The position numbers and the translations under genes are program-made. A stretch of 64,000 nucleotides of DNA from a virus. This document shows, one piece after another, positions 1 through 10,259 of this stretch (the first letter of the stretch is position 1; each line of letters opens with the position of its first letter). The DNA lies in the IMG/VR virus record IMGVR_UViG_3300035661_000050, one strand, 5' to 3'. The notes under the pieces are model-generated. The model was not told where the DNA came from and made no database searches. It was given only the letters and a program-made list of their open reading frames with translations.

Positions 1-2080
1 TATATGAATTAATATTAAAGTTAGGATTACGTTCAGCAAATCCTGGTTCTTCCCAGAAATTAATAGGTCCTCTAGTTATTTCTGGTTGAGATGATATAAA
101 TTTTGGTGTTTTAGAAAGAAGTCTTGATTCCATAGACTGTCCTACCTTATTACTTATCTTCTTACCAACATTTATTGTACTACTTAAAGGATCCATTCCT
201 AAAGCTCCCATTACAAGAGGGCTAGCTATAGCTCCTACATAAGGAAGATTAGAATTAGTTTGTTTAGCTACATATGGAGCTGTTGCTAAATCTCCTGCCA
301 TACCACCTATAAAATTTAAAGGATTTACCCACTCATCAAAAAATGATTCCTCATTTTCATTAAATCTACCTCTTTGTTCAAGAGCTTTACCAGAGACATA
401 CATCTTCTCTCTAGCATCCATATCCTCATACTTTTTAGTTTCTCCTGTAGGAAGTGTAAAATCTGTTCCTTTATCTTTAGCGGCAACAGCAGCTTTTCTC
501 TCAGCTATTCTCTGTTTTTCATCATCTCTTTCTTTTTGTTTAGCCCTACCCATAGCTTCCATGGTAGCTTTTACATCTTTATTTTTCTGTCCAACTGTAG
601 CTGTACTTTTTTGTTTATTTGTAATTGGATCATAAAATACTCTAGATGTAGATTCAGAAGCAGCTCTAGGCATATCATATCTAGGAAGAATATATTTTCC
701 TTTTTGAGCCTGAGGAACATCATACTTATCTAGCCATCCTCCATTATTCATACTCTTTGGTTTCCAATCTAGTCCATTTTGGTAGTAGGACATCTCTTGA
801 CCATTCTGTGCACTAGCTTTTGTCTTCTTAGCATAAGGACCGTTGCTAGGAGCAGGGTCTTGTGTACGTGCGTACATCATTCCTACAGCACCTGGTAATG
901 CACCACCCATAGCTAAAGATTTATTTTTCTTTTGCCAATCTAATAAAGCAGTTTTAGTTTCATCTCCTAATATACCATCAAAATTATTATTATTTTTTAA
1001 TTTAGATTTTGGTAATTCATATCCTGATTCATATAATGCTTGCTGAATAGAACTAATAAACTTTGGCTTTAACTTTTTTAAATCAGGACTACTAGCAATA
1101 CCTAATATATTTTTAGCTTGTGGTAAAATCTTTTCAGAAAATGAACTTTGTAATTTTTCAGATAAATCATAATAATCTTCATAAGTTTTACCAGTTACGT
1201 CTAATGTTGGATATTTCTTTTTTATTTTTGAAACAGCCCCAGAAGGTGTTTGTATTCCTTTACTTGTTGGAATACCAAAAGCATCACATACATTATCTGC
1301 ACAATTATTTGTAAATAAATTCCAATCAGATGGAGTGTATTTACCTTCTAACATATAATCACCTGTAGGTAAACTAGCAGCTTTATTACTAAATGTTAAA
1401 TCATCTTGCCCATACACATTAAAACTTTTTTCTCCTTTATTTTTTACTTGATTTATACCAAAAGGAAAGTTACCTGTAGAACTATAATCTATAGAAGTTT
1501 CATTATCTCCTACAAAAGCAGAGATGTGTCCTGGTAAATATTTTCCAAACGCTGGATATAAGTTAACTTGTGCAGGATGATTAAGATCCATAGGATGAAC
1601 AGGTTTTCCATCCACACCATACGTACCTACTTCTTGTCTTGGAGTTCCTGCATATTTGGTATTATATCTTTTACCTTTGTACATAAACTCTTCTTCACCA
1701 GCTTTTTTAGCAGTAGAATAAGCTTTAGTAAAATCTTTTTCTTTGGAGTAATCCTCCACTCTCCAATTATATGGATTTAAAGTAGATGTTAATTTCTCTA
1801 ACCAACCATTTTGAGCTTGAGGTATTTCACCACCATCCTGAAACTGTCCACCCCATGCAGGAGAATAGTTTCTACCTACATTACTATATCCTTCTCCCAC
1901 CCAATTATCTTGAGCAGAAGAACTTCCTTCATTAGCATTACCCCCATCATCATATTTGTCTAACCAACCACCATTCTTCATATTATTCTTTCCACATATA
2001 TGACACACTGTTGCATCCTTCTTACTGGAATCTAATTTATTCCAGGAATGTCCACATGTGCATGTAATCTTATTAGCCAT
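1..2080 (-). CDS. Virion-associated cell-wall hydrolase / tail lysin-like protein; 5'-partial in window (ATG at 2080-2078, gene continues past position 1)
   Basis: Hand translation of minus strand from ATG 2080 stays open to position 1 (>690 aa). Has N-terminal CxC..CxxC zinc-ribbon and NlpC/P60-LRAT-like papain-fold motif (..YTPSDWNLFTNNCADNVCDAFGI..). Also a PG_binding_1-like repeat (..ISSIQQALYESGYELPKSKL..FDGILGDETKTALLDWQKKN..) and a Gly/Met-rich plus coiled-coil distal part. Stop/start overlap TAATG with upstream gene. Plus-strand ORFs 374-1780 are low-complexity antisense artefacts. Confidence 0.5.
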   Translation of the reverse strand, partial: MANKITCTCGHSWNKLDSSKKDATVCHICGKNNMKNGGWLDKYDDGGNANEGSSSAQDNWVGEGYSNVGRNYSPAWGGQFQDGGEIPQAQNGWLEKLTSTLNPYNWRVEDYSKEKDFTKAYSTAKKAGEEEFMYKGKRYNTKYAGTPRQEVGTYGVDGKPVHPMDLNHPAQVNLYPAFGKYLPGHISAFVGDNETSIDYSSTGNFPFGINQVKNKGEKSFNVYGQDDLTFSNKAASLPTGDYMLEGKYTPSDWNLFTNNCADNVCDAFGIPTSKGIQTPSGAVSKIKKKYPTLDVTGKTYEDYYDLSEKLQSSFSEKILPQAKNILGIASSPDLKKLKPKFISSIQQALYESGYELPKSKLKNNNNFDGILGDETKTALLDWQKKNKSLAMGGALPGAVGMMYARTQDPAPSNGPYAKKTKASAQNGQEMSYYQNGLDWKPKSMNNGGWLDKYDVPQAQKGKYILPRYDMPRAASESTSRVFYDPITNKQKSTATVGQKNKDVKATMEAMGRAKQKERDDEKQRIAERKAAVAAKDKGTDFTLPTGETKKYEDMDAREKMYVSGKALEQRGRFNENEESFFDEWVNPLNFIGGMAGDLATAPYVAKQTNSNLPYVGAIASPLVMGALGMDPLSSTINVGKKISNKVGQSMESRLLSKTPKFISSQPEITRGPINFWEEPGFAERNPNFNINSY

Positions 2081-2961
2081 TATTTGTAAGAGATTTGACT
2101 AGGAGCCACTGTGAATTGAGAAGTGAGATGGGCATCACTTCTATTGTCTAGAATGTGCCTCACCTTAAGTTCTTTAGCTCTTAGTGGTTCCTTTTTAAAT
2201 GATCTTTTTCCATAATCCATATTAAGCTGGTTTACAGCCTTATCCAGAGATAAACTATAGCAACAGCTAGTTACAAACAAAGGTATGGATTTATTCTTCA
2301 CTAGTCCCCAGAATGTGTTATACTGGTAGAAATTATCTGACTTAGTGAATGTTATAGTTTTACTGTCTGCACTATATATAGGATATTTCATATATTCAGA
2401 CATGTTATTCTTAGGTTTAGGAACAAGAGTGAGTATTCCTGAAGACTGTTGTCCATTATATAAGACAGCTTTGTTAAACCATCTGTCATCTGTTTCCACT
2501 TTAAGATTAGCATCAAACACCCCATCATTAGAAGGTAGGTATTTATATGCCTTAGTGTAGTCTTTTATGTTCTGTAATATCTCATCCTGAAACTGATACG
2601 CATAAGGATATTCCACTATATATGGATTTATCACATCGTAATAAATATTATATAATATAGGGTTTGTTAAGTGTCTCCAAAGAGAAGCTGTATCAAGTTG
2701 TTGATATTGAATAGCAGCTAGTTCATCTGGATAGATGGTGGTTATAGGGATTCTTATTTCACCCACACATTTACCATTACAACCTCCTACAGACTTAATA
2801 ATAATCACTCTAGCCTCATCTCTTATTATCACTGAATATCCAGATATGAGGATGCTTTTAGGAATATCTGTTCCCAACACCTCTCCAAGATTATCAGAGA
2901 TATCAAAAGGACCTGTACGTGATCCAGCTTTTGTTAACTTTATGACTATTGTTCTTGACAT
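2080..2961 (-). CDS. Tail fibre/spike protein (293 aa) with shared N-terminal anchor motif
   Basis: Six-frame ORF. Likely start MSRTIVIKLTKAGSRTGPFDISDNLGEV.. at 2961, overlapping the upstream stop as TAATG. N-terminus is paralogous to the N-termini of the ORFs at 11635-12438 and 12443-14356. Confidence 0.6.
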   Translation of the reverse strand: MSRTIVIKLTKAGSRTGPFDISDNLGEVLGTDIPKSILISGYSVIIRDEARVIIIKSVGGCNGKCVGEIRIPITTIYPDELAAIQYQQLDTASLWRHLTNPILYNIYYDVINPYIVEYPYAYQFQDEILQNIKDYTKAYKYLPSNDGVFDANLKVETDDRWFNKAVLYNGQQSSGILTLVPKPKNNMSEYMKYPIYSADSKTITFTKSDNFYQYNTFWGLVKNKSIPLFVTSCCYSLSLDKAVNQLNMDYGKRSFKKEPLRAKELKVRHILDNRSDAHLTSQFTVAPSQISYK

Positions 2962-5900
2962 TATAGTATAGTGGTAGTTGTTGTTGTTGTTGAATAACAA
3001 GGATCACATTCTACATTATATGTACAAGTGGTTCCTAATGTTGATGTTACACCTGTAGGAATTATCTGTGAACCATATATTGAACATATATAAGTGGTTT
3101 CTCCAGAAATCAATGTAATAATTTGTGTATCATCATTACAATCTGAATATGTTACATCTTGATCTACACTTGTTGTATTATTAAGAGTGTAACAGAAACA
3201 GTTAGTACATCCTGCAGTTATGTATGTATATATTACATCTGTAGGAAGTGTAGGAGCTTCACATAAACATATAACAAAAGAGCCATCTACCTCTATTATT
3301 CCTGTACGTGTTTCTCCAAAACAACTTGTTACTGTAACCTCTTGTGGACAAATACCAGTGTTTGTTATTATATATGTATCGCAATTTGAACACAATGTAG
3401 TGGTTGTTGTTGTTGTACTTGTACTAGAAGTGGTTGATGAAGTGGTTGTAGTTGTTGATACAGGTCTTGGAGTGTTAACAATTACATTACCATCTAATGC
3501 ACAATCAAGACTAGTGGTTGATGTACTAGTTGTTGTAGGTAGTGGTGGAAAAACAAGAGTGGTGGTAGAAGTGGTAGTTTGTGGAAGCACCTCTGCAGCT
3601 AAAGCTTCTATATCACATCCTCCATTAATTCCTGAATAGAAGAAGTTGTTCTCAGCTATATACCAATTTGGAATATAACTGTGGAAACTCACCCATGAAT
3701 TAGTGTTTATATTAAATGACAAACTCCAAGACTTATTACAGAAGTATTCTACATCTGTTAGATAAACAAGAGTCCTCACTGTCACACCATTAATTACTTG
3801 CTGTAAATAGAAGTCTCTTTCAACCTCATCATATATTATATTCTTATTAAGAGGAATATAATCCAACTTAGTAAATATCACCCTGTCATACTTAGAATCA
3901 TAAACTCCATGTAACCCAAGTCCTTTGAAATGGTTGTCAACCAATGCTTTAGGAAAATATCTTAAGATTTCAAATGAAAGATGATCTGTAAGGAATCTGT
4001 TCATACCACTTCCAAATGCTGATATATCTTTAGCACCATCTCCTCCAACAAGGAATATTTGTCCTCTTTTAGCATCAACAGTAACTTGTCCTTGAGGAAT
4101 CTTTAATAAGAATTTATGTTGACTACCTACATATCCAAGATCTGTTTCTGCAAAATCCACAGGAGGAGCTCCAGTGAATAATGTAGGATTACCTATATAA
4201 GCAGCTTTAGGATTGCTAGTGTCAATTGTTAATAACGTATTATACAATAAACTCTTGTTCTCAAACCTAGCAAGAATTGCTTTATTCTGTATACCATCTA
4301 AAGAAGTGAGTTTTCCATAATTCTGTGGAAAATCAAATCTTGATATAGGACGATATATCAACCAGCTATTTACAGTGTCATCTGAATAGCTAACTTGAGG
4401 ATCAGAATAAATTGCTCTAAATGGAAAATATGTTAAACATAAATCTTGTGTCCAATCTACAGGAAGATGAGAGAAATAGTTTTCTTTATTCTGCTTAGAA
4501 TATGTAACATTATAATAATATGTATTGTCCTGAACAATAGGCACAAAGCTTTCTTGCACCCAATCATCAGGAATACTTGTATTTACATGAGGCCAGAAAT
4601 CACCTTCTCTATCATTAAATGCTTGACGAAGATTGGTGTTAATGCTTGATTCACAATAGAAATTAGGAACACCATAAGCAAATAGATACATCTTACCATC
4701 ATAATATGTTCTACCTGGATTAACTAATGGTGGTGCAGGAAGTTGACTATTTGGACAATCAAGATTATGAGCTTTTATAGAAATAAAGTTAGTTAGTCCA
4801 TATCCATATATATCATTACTCAATACAGATCTTCCTGAATACCAGTATTTTGGATAGGCTATATTACCTATCTCATCATAGAATATATCTGAATCATCAG
4901 GAGCATTCACTCTATTATCTATAAAGAAAGGAAGCTTTGTTTTAAATGCAAATCCACTAATAAATGTATCTCCACCAAACACTGTTTTAATAGAAGATCC
5001 TGTATATGTATCAAGGTCTATTTGGAATCCTGTATCAATTGTTTGATATGAATACATTTGTCCCCATTGATTAATAAAGAGGTTCTTTAATGATCCATAA
5101 TATGCCACCACTTGAATATCCTGTTGATTTCCTGGAATTAAACAAGCTCCTGTTTCACTTATTGTAAATCTTGAATAATCAGATATTAAACTGATTGTTC
5201 CAGATAATAGACTAGGGGTTTTATCTGGAAATGGTAGAGGATTAGTTGTATGATCTTCAGTTCTTAAATATACAGAAGACTCTCTATTCCAATTGTTTAC
5301 ATTATGCTCATCCCCAACACTCTGTACTCCTGGAATAAGATATTGAGCAAGATCAAGAGTTCTTTGTTTGATTCCAATACCATTAGCTACATTAGCCCAA
5401 TAGTCATAACTAGCTATTGAATTAAATGAATATGTATAATTCTTTCTAGTGATACCATTTATATAGATTTGCAAGTAGGCCTGATAGGCTGTAAACATTG
5501 CTGTTGGATTCATTGGACTAGTAAAGTTAGCAATACCATTTGAAGCTTTAATTGCATCATTTTGAGCTTCAGCTGTAAGAAGCTTATACATAGCATGCTT
5601 CTTCACCTGTACAAAATGTGCTTTTCCAGCACCAAACATTACATTTTCAAGCTTAAGAATGTTTCCTAAGAATGGTTGTCCAAATGAAGTTTCTGGTGAA
5701 TTAAAAACATATCTATATCTTGAACCATCATCAAATCCTTCAAGTTGTCCTCCTACATCACTATCACCACAATTAGGAGCAGTGGCTGGAGGAGTTATTG
5801 TTTGTAATAAATCAATATCATATGACTTAGCTCCATCTGCTCTAATAGGTTCAGTTAAAGAAAGAATATCATCTTTTGAAGAACATGCCCAAGGCCAAGC

Positions 5901-8051
5901 ACACACCCAAACTATAGATACAGCATCTGGATTCCTAGGATCAGTGTAAGTAAAATGAGCACCTCTTCTAATACTACCCACTGTAATTCTATATATATTA
6001 TATCTAGCAAGTCCTATAAATGTAGTGGTACCATTATTTATAATAATTGGAAAAGATAGAGAACATAAATAATGAGTTCCTGAATTTATAGCATAGATTT
6101 CTGTTGTAATAATATTAGTGGTACAATCTAAATATTGTATTTCTACATCTACAGGAGATGCAGGATTTACATCAATTCTATATGTTTTACAGCCTTGAAA
6201 GAAAGCATTACTTTCTTTTAATATAAATGGATCTTCTCTAAGATCATTATATGGATAGTTCGGATAGTAATAATCTGTTTCATCTCTATTATACTTACCA
6301 ACATTTCTAAGAATACCCTTTCCTGTTATAGACTTATTTGTACTTCTATCACCTCTCACTATCTTAAATCCAACAACATCAGCCTTTTGTGAATCTGTAA
6401 GATTTGAATTAATAATAAGCTGTGACACCTGAGAAACATCTAATTTCACTCCTATTGGAAATACAGCATCATTCTGTATCATTTTCACTTCATACTTACC
6501 ACTAACAATTGTAGGAACAGCACTTTCAAATATAGGAGAGACTAATACATCAGGGAATTTGTGGTGTCTAATAGGTTGGTTAGCAAGAGCTCCCCAAACA
6601 TTATCATTACAAGGATAGAGTTCTGTTGATTCCCAATAAGCGAAATCACCATATTCCCATTCTCCTTTATATGCAGAATTATTGGATTTACCTGGAGAAT
6701 CTGATAATTTTACACCTGTATTATATATCTTCCAATAAGGAGATGTATTAGTGGCAGGATCAGGTTCTCCTATAAAATCAGGATTTGTAACACTCACTGG
6801 AGTTTCATCAGTGGCTTGTACTATTCTACCTGGAATATGAAATCCATCAGTTTGTTTACCATTCTTAAGAAGGAATACAATCTCAAATGCATACACTTCA
6901 TCTCTAAGATAACCTCTTAGATTAGTGGCATTTAACTCATTAGAGTAGTTTTGATCAGCTGGTATTCTATAGGATTGCCACTGAAGAGTTATTTGACTAG
7001 CTATCTCTTGATAGTTAATCCTATCTATAGATGTAAGATTGTCCCATACAAGCACATCTTGTACAGCTGTAAGATCTTGAGCAATTTCATAATAAGGAAA
7101 CTTCTCAAATATATCTTCTATTGATAGTCTTATTTGTGTTTGATTCTGACCAGTGTATGTAACTTGTCTGCTATTATCATCAATAAAATATGTACCCACT
7201 AATTCAACAGATGCAATATTATTTATTGTCTTAATTACAGCTAAATTAAAATATTTAAAATATCCTGTTACATCTATGTTATTGACATTCAATACAATAG
7301 ATCTACCTACAGGATAATCAAAATTGAGAGTGGTGATTTGTGTATTAGCAATAGGGGTGGGATTTGTGACAGAATAATAGGATGTATATCCATCTCCTAT
7401 AGAGTCACAATATTGTATTGCAAATTGATATGTTCCAGCTTTTAATTCTCCACCAGTGGTAATATCTACCACTTCTAGTTCAGGGATATTAAAGTTTGGT
7501 TGTATTTTAAGCTTGTTACAATCTATCACTGGTATGAGTTGATTATCACAAACTCTTGTACCAGGCTTTGTTGTATATACGCTATCTATATGATCTAAGT
7601 CTAAATATCTTCTAGGATTGAGTCCATCTGTCCAATAAATCTCTGTAGTACAATTAGTTATCTTATGTACCACTTTATGGATGGGATAGTCTATATTAAA
7701 ATTAAGACAAGGAGCACTCACGTATGTGCGATAGATGCAATCATTATTTTCCATGTAACCAATCTCACTATCTCCTGTATCAGGATTAACTAGAAAGAAT
7801 ACATGCTTTGCTTTCTCATTAATAAAATGTGTACCTATTAAATGAAAGCCTGTAGGGAAAGTTACACATAGCTCATTCCCTGGCTCATTCTGATAGTTAA
7901 CAGAATTAGCATCAAAGTTTTCAACAGCAGCATTTAGGGCATATGAAACAACTCCTTTCTGAATCTGATTATTAGTCTGATCCATGTTCATTCCCAACCT
8001 ACCTAAATTATATTCTGGTGTTATATTCCCACCTTGTTGTTGTTCAGCCAT
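2961..8051 (-). CDS. Giant virion structural protein (1696 aa), Cys-rich with poly-Thr/Ser linkers; tail/baseplate or muzzle-like
   Basis: Single long ORF in the structural block. C-terminal region carries TTTSTTT../STTTTTSSTTSSTSTTTTTTT linkers and many Cys. Function not recognisable from sequence. Confidence 0.6.
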   Translation of the reverse strand: MAEQQQGGNITPEYNLGRLGMNMDQTNNQIQKGVVSYALNAAVENFDANSVNYQNEPGNELCVTFPTGFHLIGTHFINEKAKHVFFLVNPDTGDSEIGYMENNDCIYRTYVSAPCLNFNIDYPIHKVVHKITNCTTEIYWTDGLNPRRYLDLDHIDSVYTTKPGTRVCDNQLIPVIDCNKLKIQPNFNIPELEVVDITTGGELKAGTYQFAIQYCDSIGDGYTSYYSVTNPTPIANTQITTLNFDYPVGRSIVLNVNNIDVTGYFKYFNLAVIKTINNIASVELVGTYFIDDNSRQVTYTGQNQTQIRLSIEDIFEKFPYYEIAQDLTAVQDVLVWDNLTSIDRINYQEIASQITLQWQSYRIPADQNYSNELNATNLRGYLRDEVYAFEIVFLLKNGKQTDGFHIPGRIVQATDETPVSVTNPDFIGEPDPATNTSPYWKIYNTGVKLSDSPGKSNNSAYKGEWEYGDFAYWESTELYPCNDNVWGALANQPIRHHKFPDVLVSPIFESAVPTIVSGKYEVKMIQNDAVFPIGVKLDVSQVSQLIINSNLTDSQKADVVGFKIVRGDRSTNKSITGKGILRNVGKYNRDETDYYYPNYPYNDLREDPFILKESNAFFQGCKTYRIDVNPASPVDVEIQYLDCTTNIITTEIYAINSGTHYLCSLSFPIIINNGTTTFIGLARYNIYRITVGSIRRGAHFTYTDPRNPDAVSIVWVCAWPWACSSKDDILSLTEPIRADGAKSYDIDLLQTITPPATAPNCGDSDVGGQLEGFDDGSRYRYVFNSPETSFGQPFLGNILKLENVMFGAGKAHFVQVKKHAMYKLLTAEAQNDAIKASNGIANFTSPMNPTAMFTAYQAYLQIYINGITRKNYTYSFNSIASYDYWANVANGIGIKQRTLDLAQYLIPGVQSVGDEHNVNNWNRESSVYLRTEDHTTNPLPFPDKTPSLLSGTISLISDYSRFTISETGACLIPGNQQDIQVVAYYGSLKNLFINQWGQMYSYQTIDTGFQIDLDTYTGSSIKTVFGGDTFISGFAFKTKLPFFIDNRVNAPDDSDIFYDEIGNIAYPKYWYSGRSVLSNDIYGYGLTNFISIKAHNLDCPNSQLPAPPLVNPGRTYYDGKMYLFAYGVPNFYCESSINTNLRQAFNDREGDFWPHVNTSIPDDWVQESFVPIVQDNTYYYNVTYSKQNKENYFSHLPVDWTQDLCLTYFPFRAIYSDPQVSYSDDTVNSWLIYRPISRFDFPQNYGKLTSLDGIQNKAILARFENKSLLYNTLLTIDTSNPKAAYIGNPTLFTGAPPVDFAETDLGYVGSQHKFLLKIPQGQVTVDAKRGQIFLVGGDGAKDISAFGSGMNRFLTDHLSFEILRYFPKALVDNHFKGLGLHGVYDSKYDRVIFTKLDYIPLNKNIIYDEVERDFYLQQVINGVTVRTLVYLTDVEYFCNKSWSLSFNINTNSWVSFHSYIPNWYIAENNFFYSGINGGCDIEALAAEVLPQTTTSTTTLVFPPLPTTTSTSTTSLDCALDGNVIVNTPRPVSTTTTTSSTTSSTSTTTTTTTLCSNCDTYIITNTGICPQEVTVTSCFGETRTGIIEVDGSFVICLCEAPTLPTDVIYTYITAGCTNCFCYTLNNTTSVDQDVTYSDCNDDTQIITLISGETTYICSIYGSQIIPTGVTSTLGTTCTYNVECDPCYSTTTTTTTIL

Positions 8052-8056
8052 TTATA

Positions 8057-8977
8057 TTAATTATTTCTTCTCCACCCATATCTATTAGTTCTATTGGGTA
8101 GTTCGTACATATTAAATCTATTCAAGTCTTGTTCTATCCTTCTTTGCTTAGCGTATACATCTTGCTTCTTAATTTCAATATCTGCCATGATGAATGCTTC
8201 ATCTGACAATTGTTTGTAATACGCAAGCTTTTGTTGTATCTGTTGAAAGGTTTCGTCTGTTAATTGATTAGACAGAGTTTCGAACACCTTGTATTTAATA
8301 AATGCTTCAATATATTCCCTAATACGAAAGTTGTCTGGAATCATTTGATTACCACCACCATCATATTCTGTAGCATAAAATATCAAATGCACCACTCCAT
8401 TTCTGAAATTAGTGACAAACTTGTTATCTCTAATATCAAATGAATCTGGTGCATTACTGCCAAAATTTGCACAATCTAATGTGCAATTTCCCCTTACAGA
8501 GATATTTCCTGGTTTCAGGAGATATTGCTTTGTAAAGGTTTGTGTCATTTCATTATTAGTCTTGTAAACAGCTTGTATGATTTCAGGAAGACATCCTGAA
8601 CAAGCAGCTTGATTACATACAGAACACACTTGACCACCAACAGTGAGAGGGCTCACTTGAATAGTGGTTTGTCCATTAGCTTGAGAATAGAATGAATTAG
8701 CTGTTTGATAGGGGAATCCTGCTGCTGTTGTACAAAGCCAAGCTTCTCTAACAGCAAAAAAGTTATCAGGAAGTCTAGCCTCAAAGTTATCTATGAAAAG
8801 ACCATTCTCACTAATTACATATGTAGCTCTTCCTAGCTTTCTTAAACATTTGTCCAGATATGTAGGAAACATTAAATCATCAACAGCTCCTGTATCAAAA
8901 TAGCTTTTAAGCTCTTCTTTTACAGTGGAATAAACTACCTCAGGGCTTATAAAATTATATTTGTAATAATAGCTCAT
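8057..8977 (-). CDS. Hypothetical structural protein (306 aa) with Cys cluster (CSVCNQAACSGC)
   Basis: ORF tightly packed in structural block. Next gene starts 6 nt after its stop. Confidence 0.55.
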   Translation of the reverse strand: MSYYYKYNFISPEVVYSTVKEELKSYFDTGAVDDLMFPTYLDKCLRKLGRATYVISENGLFIDNFEARLPDNFFAVREAWLCTTAAGFPYQTANSFYSQANGQTTIQVSPLTVGGQVCSVCNQAACSGCLPEIIQAVYKTNNEMTQTFTKQYLLKPGNISVRGNCTLDCANFGSNAPDSFDIRDNKFVTNFRNGVVHLIFYATEYDGGGNQMIPDNFRIREYIEAFIKYKVFETLSNQLTDETFQQIQQKLAYYKQLSDEAFIMADIEIKKQDVYAKQRRIEQDLNRFNMYELPNRTNRYGWRRNN

Positions 8978-9067
8978 AATCTTACATTTTTTAAATCTTT
9001 TCTAACTTTATATTCAGGAGAACTTCTACGTTCTGTTATTTTTTTACTCATACTATGACATGTTGTT

Positions 9068-9541
9068 TTACTTTTTCCACTCTCTGTAGAGATGCTGATA
9101 TTTATCATCAGCTCGTATGTAATGAGAAAGGAGTCTGGAAGTTGTTCTTGTGGGTTTGAAGTACCAGAGATGAACATTCTTCATTCTTGTACTCTCTTTA
9201 AACCAAAACCATCCAAAGAAATAACCCTCTGTATGGAAATTAAAATTGTAGATTCTTTTACCTTTCTCTCTGCTTTTCTGCCAGTCTATTGGGAGATTTA
9301 CAAACTCATCATTAATTCCTGTTTGTCTTTTCCTCTTCTTTTTATTAACAGAGAACTCTCCAAACCCATAGGGAAGTCTTGCTCTCTCTCCAGTTTCTAG
9401 AATATATTCTTTGAAAGACTCATTGAATGTATAAATCACATTTCTCCACTCATCAAATGTGAGCTGTATTGAAGGATTCTTTTTACAGAAATTGTTGTAG
9501 TTTTCCTTACTTGAGCTTCTCCAATCAATCTTTATACGCAT
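9068..9541 (-). CDS. Hypothetical structural protein (157 aa)
   Basis: ORF in structural operon. ATGA start/stop overlap with upstream gene at 9541. Confidence 0.5.
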   Translation of the reverse strand: MRIKIDWRSSSKENYNNFCKKNPSIQLTFDEWRNVIYTFNESFKEYILETGERARLPYGFGEFSVNKKKRKRQTGINDEFVNLPIDWQKSREKGKRIYNFNFHTEGYFFGWFWFKESTRMKNVHLWYFKPTRTTSRLLSHYIRADDKYQHLYREWKK

Positions 9542-10257
9542 TATTGTTTACTCACTTGGTCATCCTTATTATCACTAGTCTTATCATCATCAATTTTGAA
9601 ATATGTAGACAGTAACTTTTGAGATGTTAGCTCTAATGCCTGTTTTTCTAAATATCCAGGGAGAGCATACGGTTTATCTAATGGGTTTATACAATACTCT
9701 TCATCAGTGACATTCTTTCCACAATCACAATCTTGAGAATAGAGCAGCTCATTTGGAACATCTTGTTCAAATAAAGCAGCTATTCTCACAGCTTTAAGAA
9801 GAGGATTGCTTATATACAAATAGCCATTAGCTATCCAATAGTATTCCTCATTCTTTATAATAGGAAGTTTTATTAGATTGATGTATCTATTGATTGTGAT
9901 TTCTTTTATTTTCTTACCTATACCACTCATAGCGTTTATAGAATAAACACCCTGAATCAGATATTGGTAGTTTCCTTCAGCTATCCTTGGAATCTTAATT
10001 CTTGTTCTAGCTACAGAACAAGGATCTACAAATTCACAACATTCAGATATAGGCACTTCTATAAGTTCCATACATGGAATAGTTGTAAATAATGTATCTG
10101 TAGCCCAAAGCTTTCTAAGATTAGTTTCTCTCTTAACAAGTAGAAGAGTGTTGTTTCTAATTTCAGAAGCTATTACTCTATCCGTTATTAAATTATCAGT
10201 TGATAATAATTTATGCATACTACGAACATCACTTACTAATTTTCTTAATGTTGACAT
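9541..10257 (-). CDS. Hypothetical structural protein (238 aa)
   Basis: ORF lies 3 nt downstream of the preceding gene. No recognisable motif. Confidence 0.55.
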   Translation of the reverse strand: MSTLRKLVSDVRSMHKLLSTDNLITDRVIASEIRNNTLLLVKRETNLRKLWATDTLFTTIPCMELIEVPISECCEFVDPCSVARTRIKIPRIAEGNYQYLIQGVYSINAMSGIGKKIKEITINRYINLIKLPIIKNEEYYWIANGYLYISNPLLKAVRIAALFEQDVPNELLYSQDCDCGKNVTDEEYCINPLDKPYALPGYLEKQALELTSQKLLSTYFKIDDDKTSDNKDDQVSKQ

Positions 10258-10259
10258 GT

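Noticed and set aside
374-1780. Four plus-strand ORFs (119, 67, 64, 70 aa) in the first 2 kb
   Set aside because: Translations are low-complexity Phe/Ser/Ile-rich nonsense. They are antisense to a long open minus-strand frame with recognisable protein motifs, so they are artefacts.
3220-3639. Plus-strand ORF (139 aa) containing VVVVVVVLVLEVVDEVVVVV
   Set aside because: It is antisense to the Thr/Ser-linker region of the 1696-aa gene (ACA/AGT repeats read backwards), so it is not a gene.
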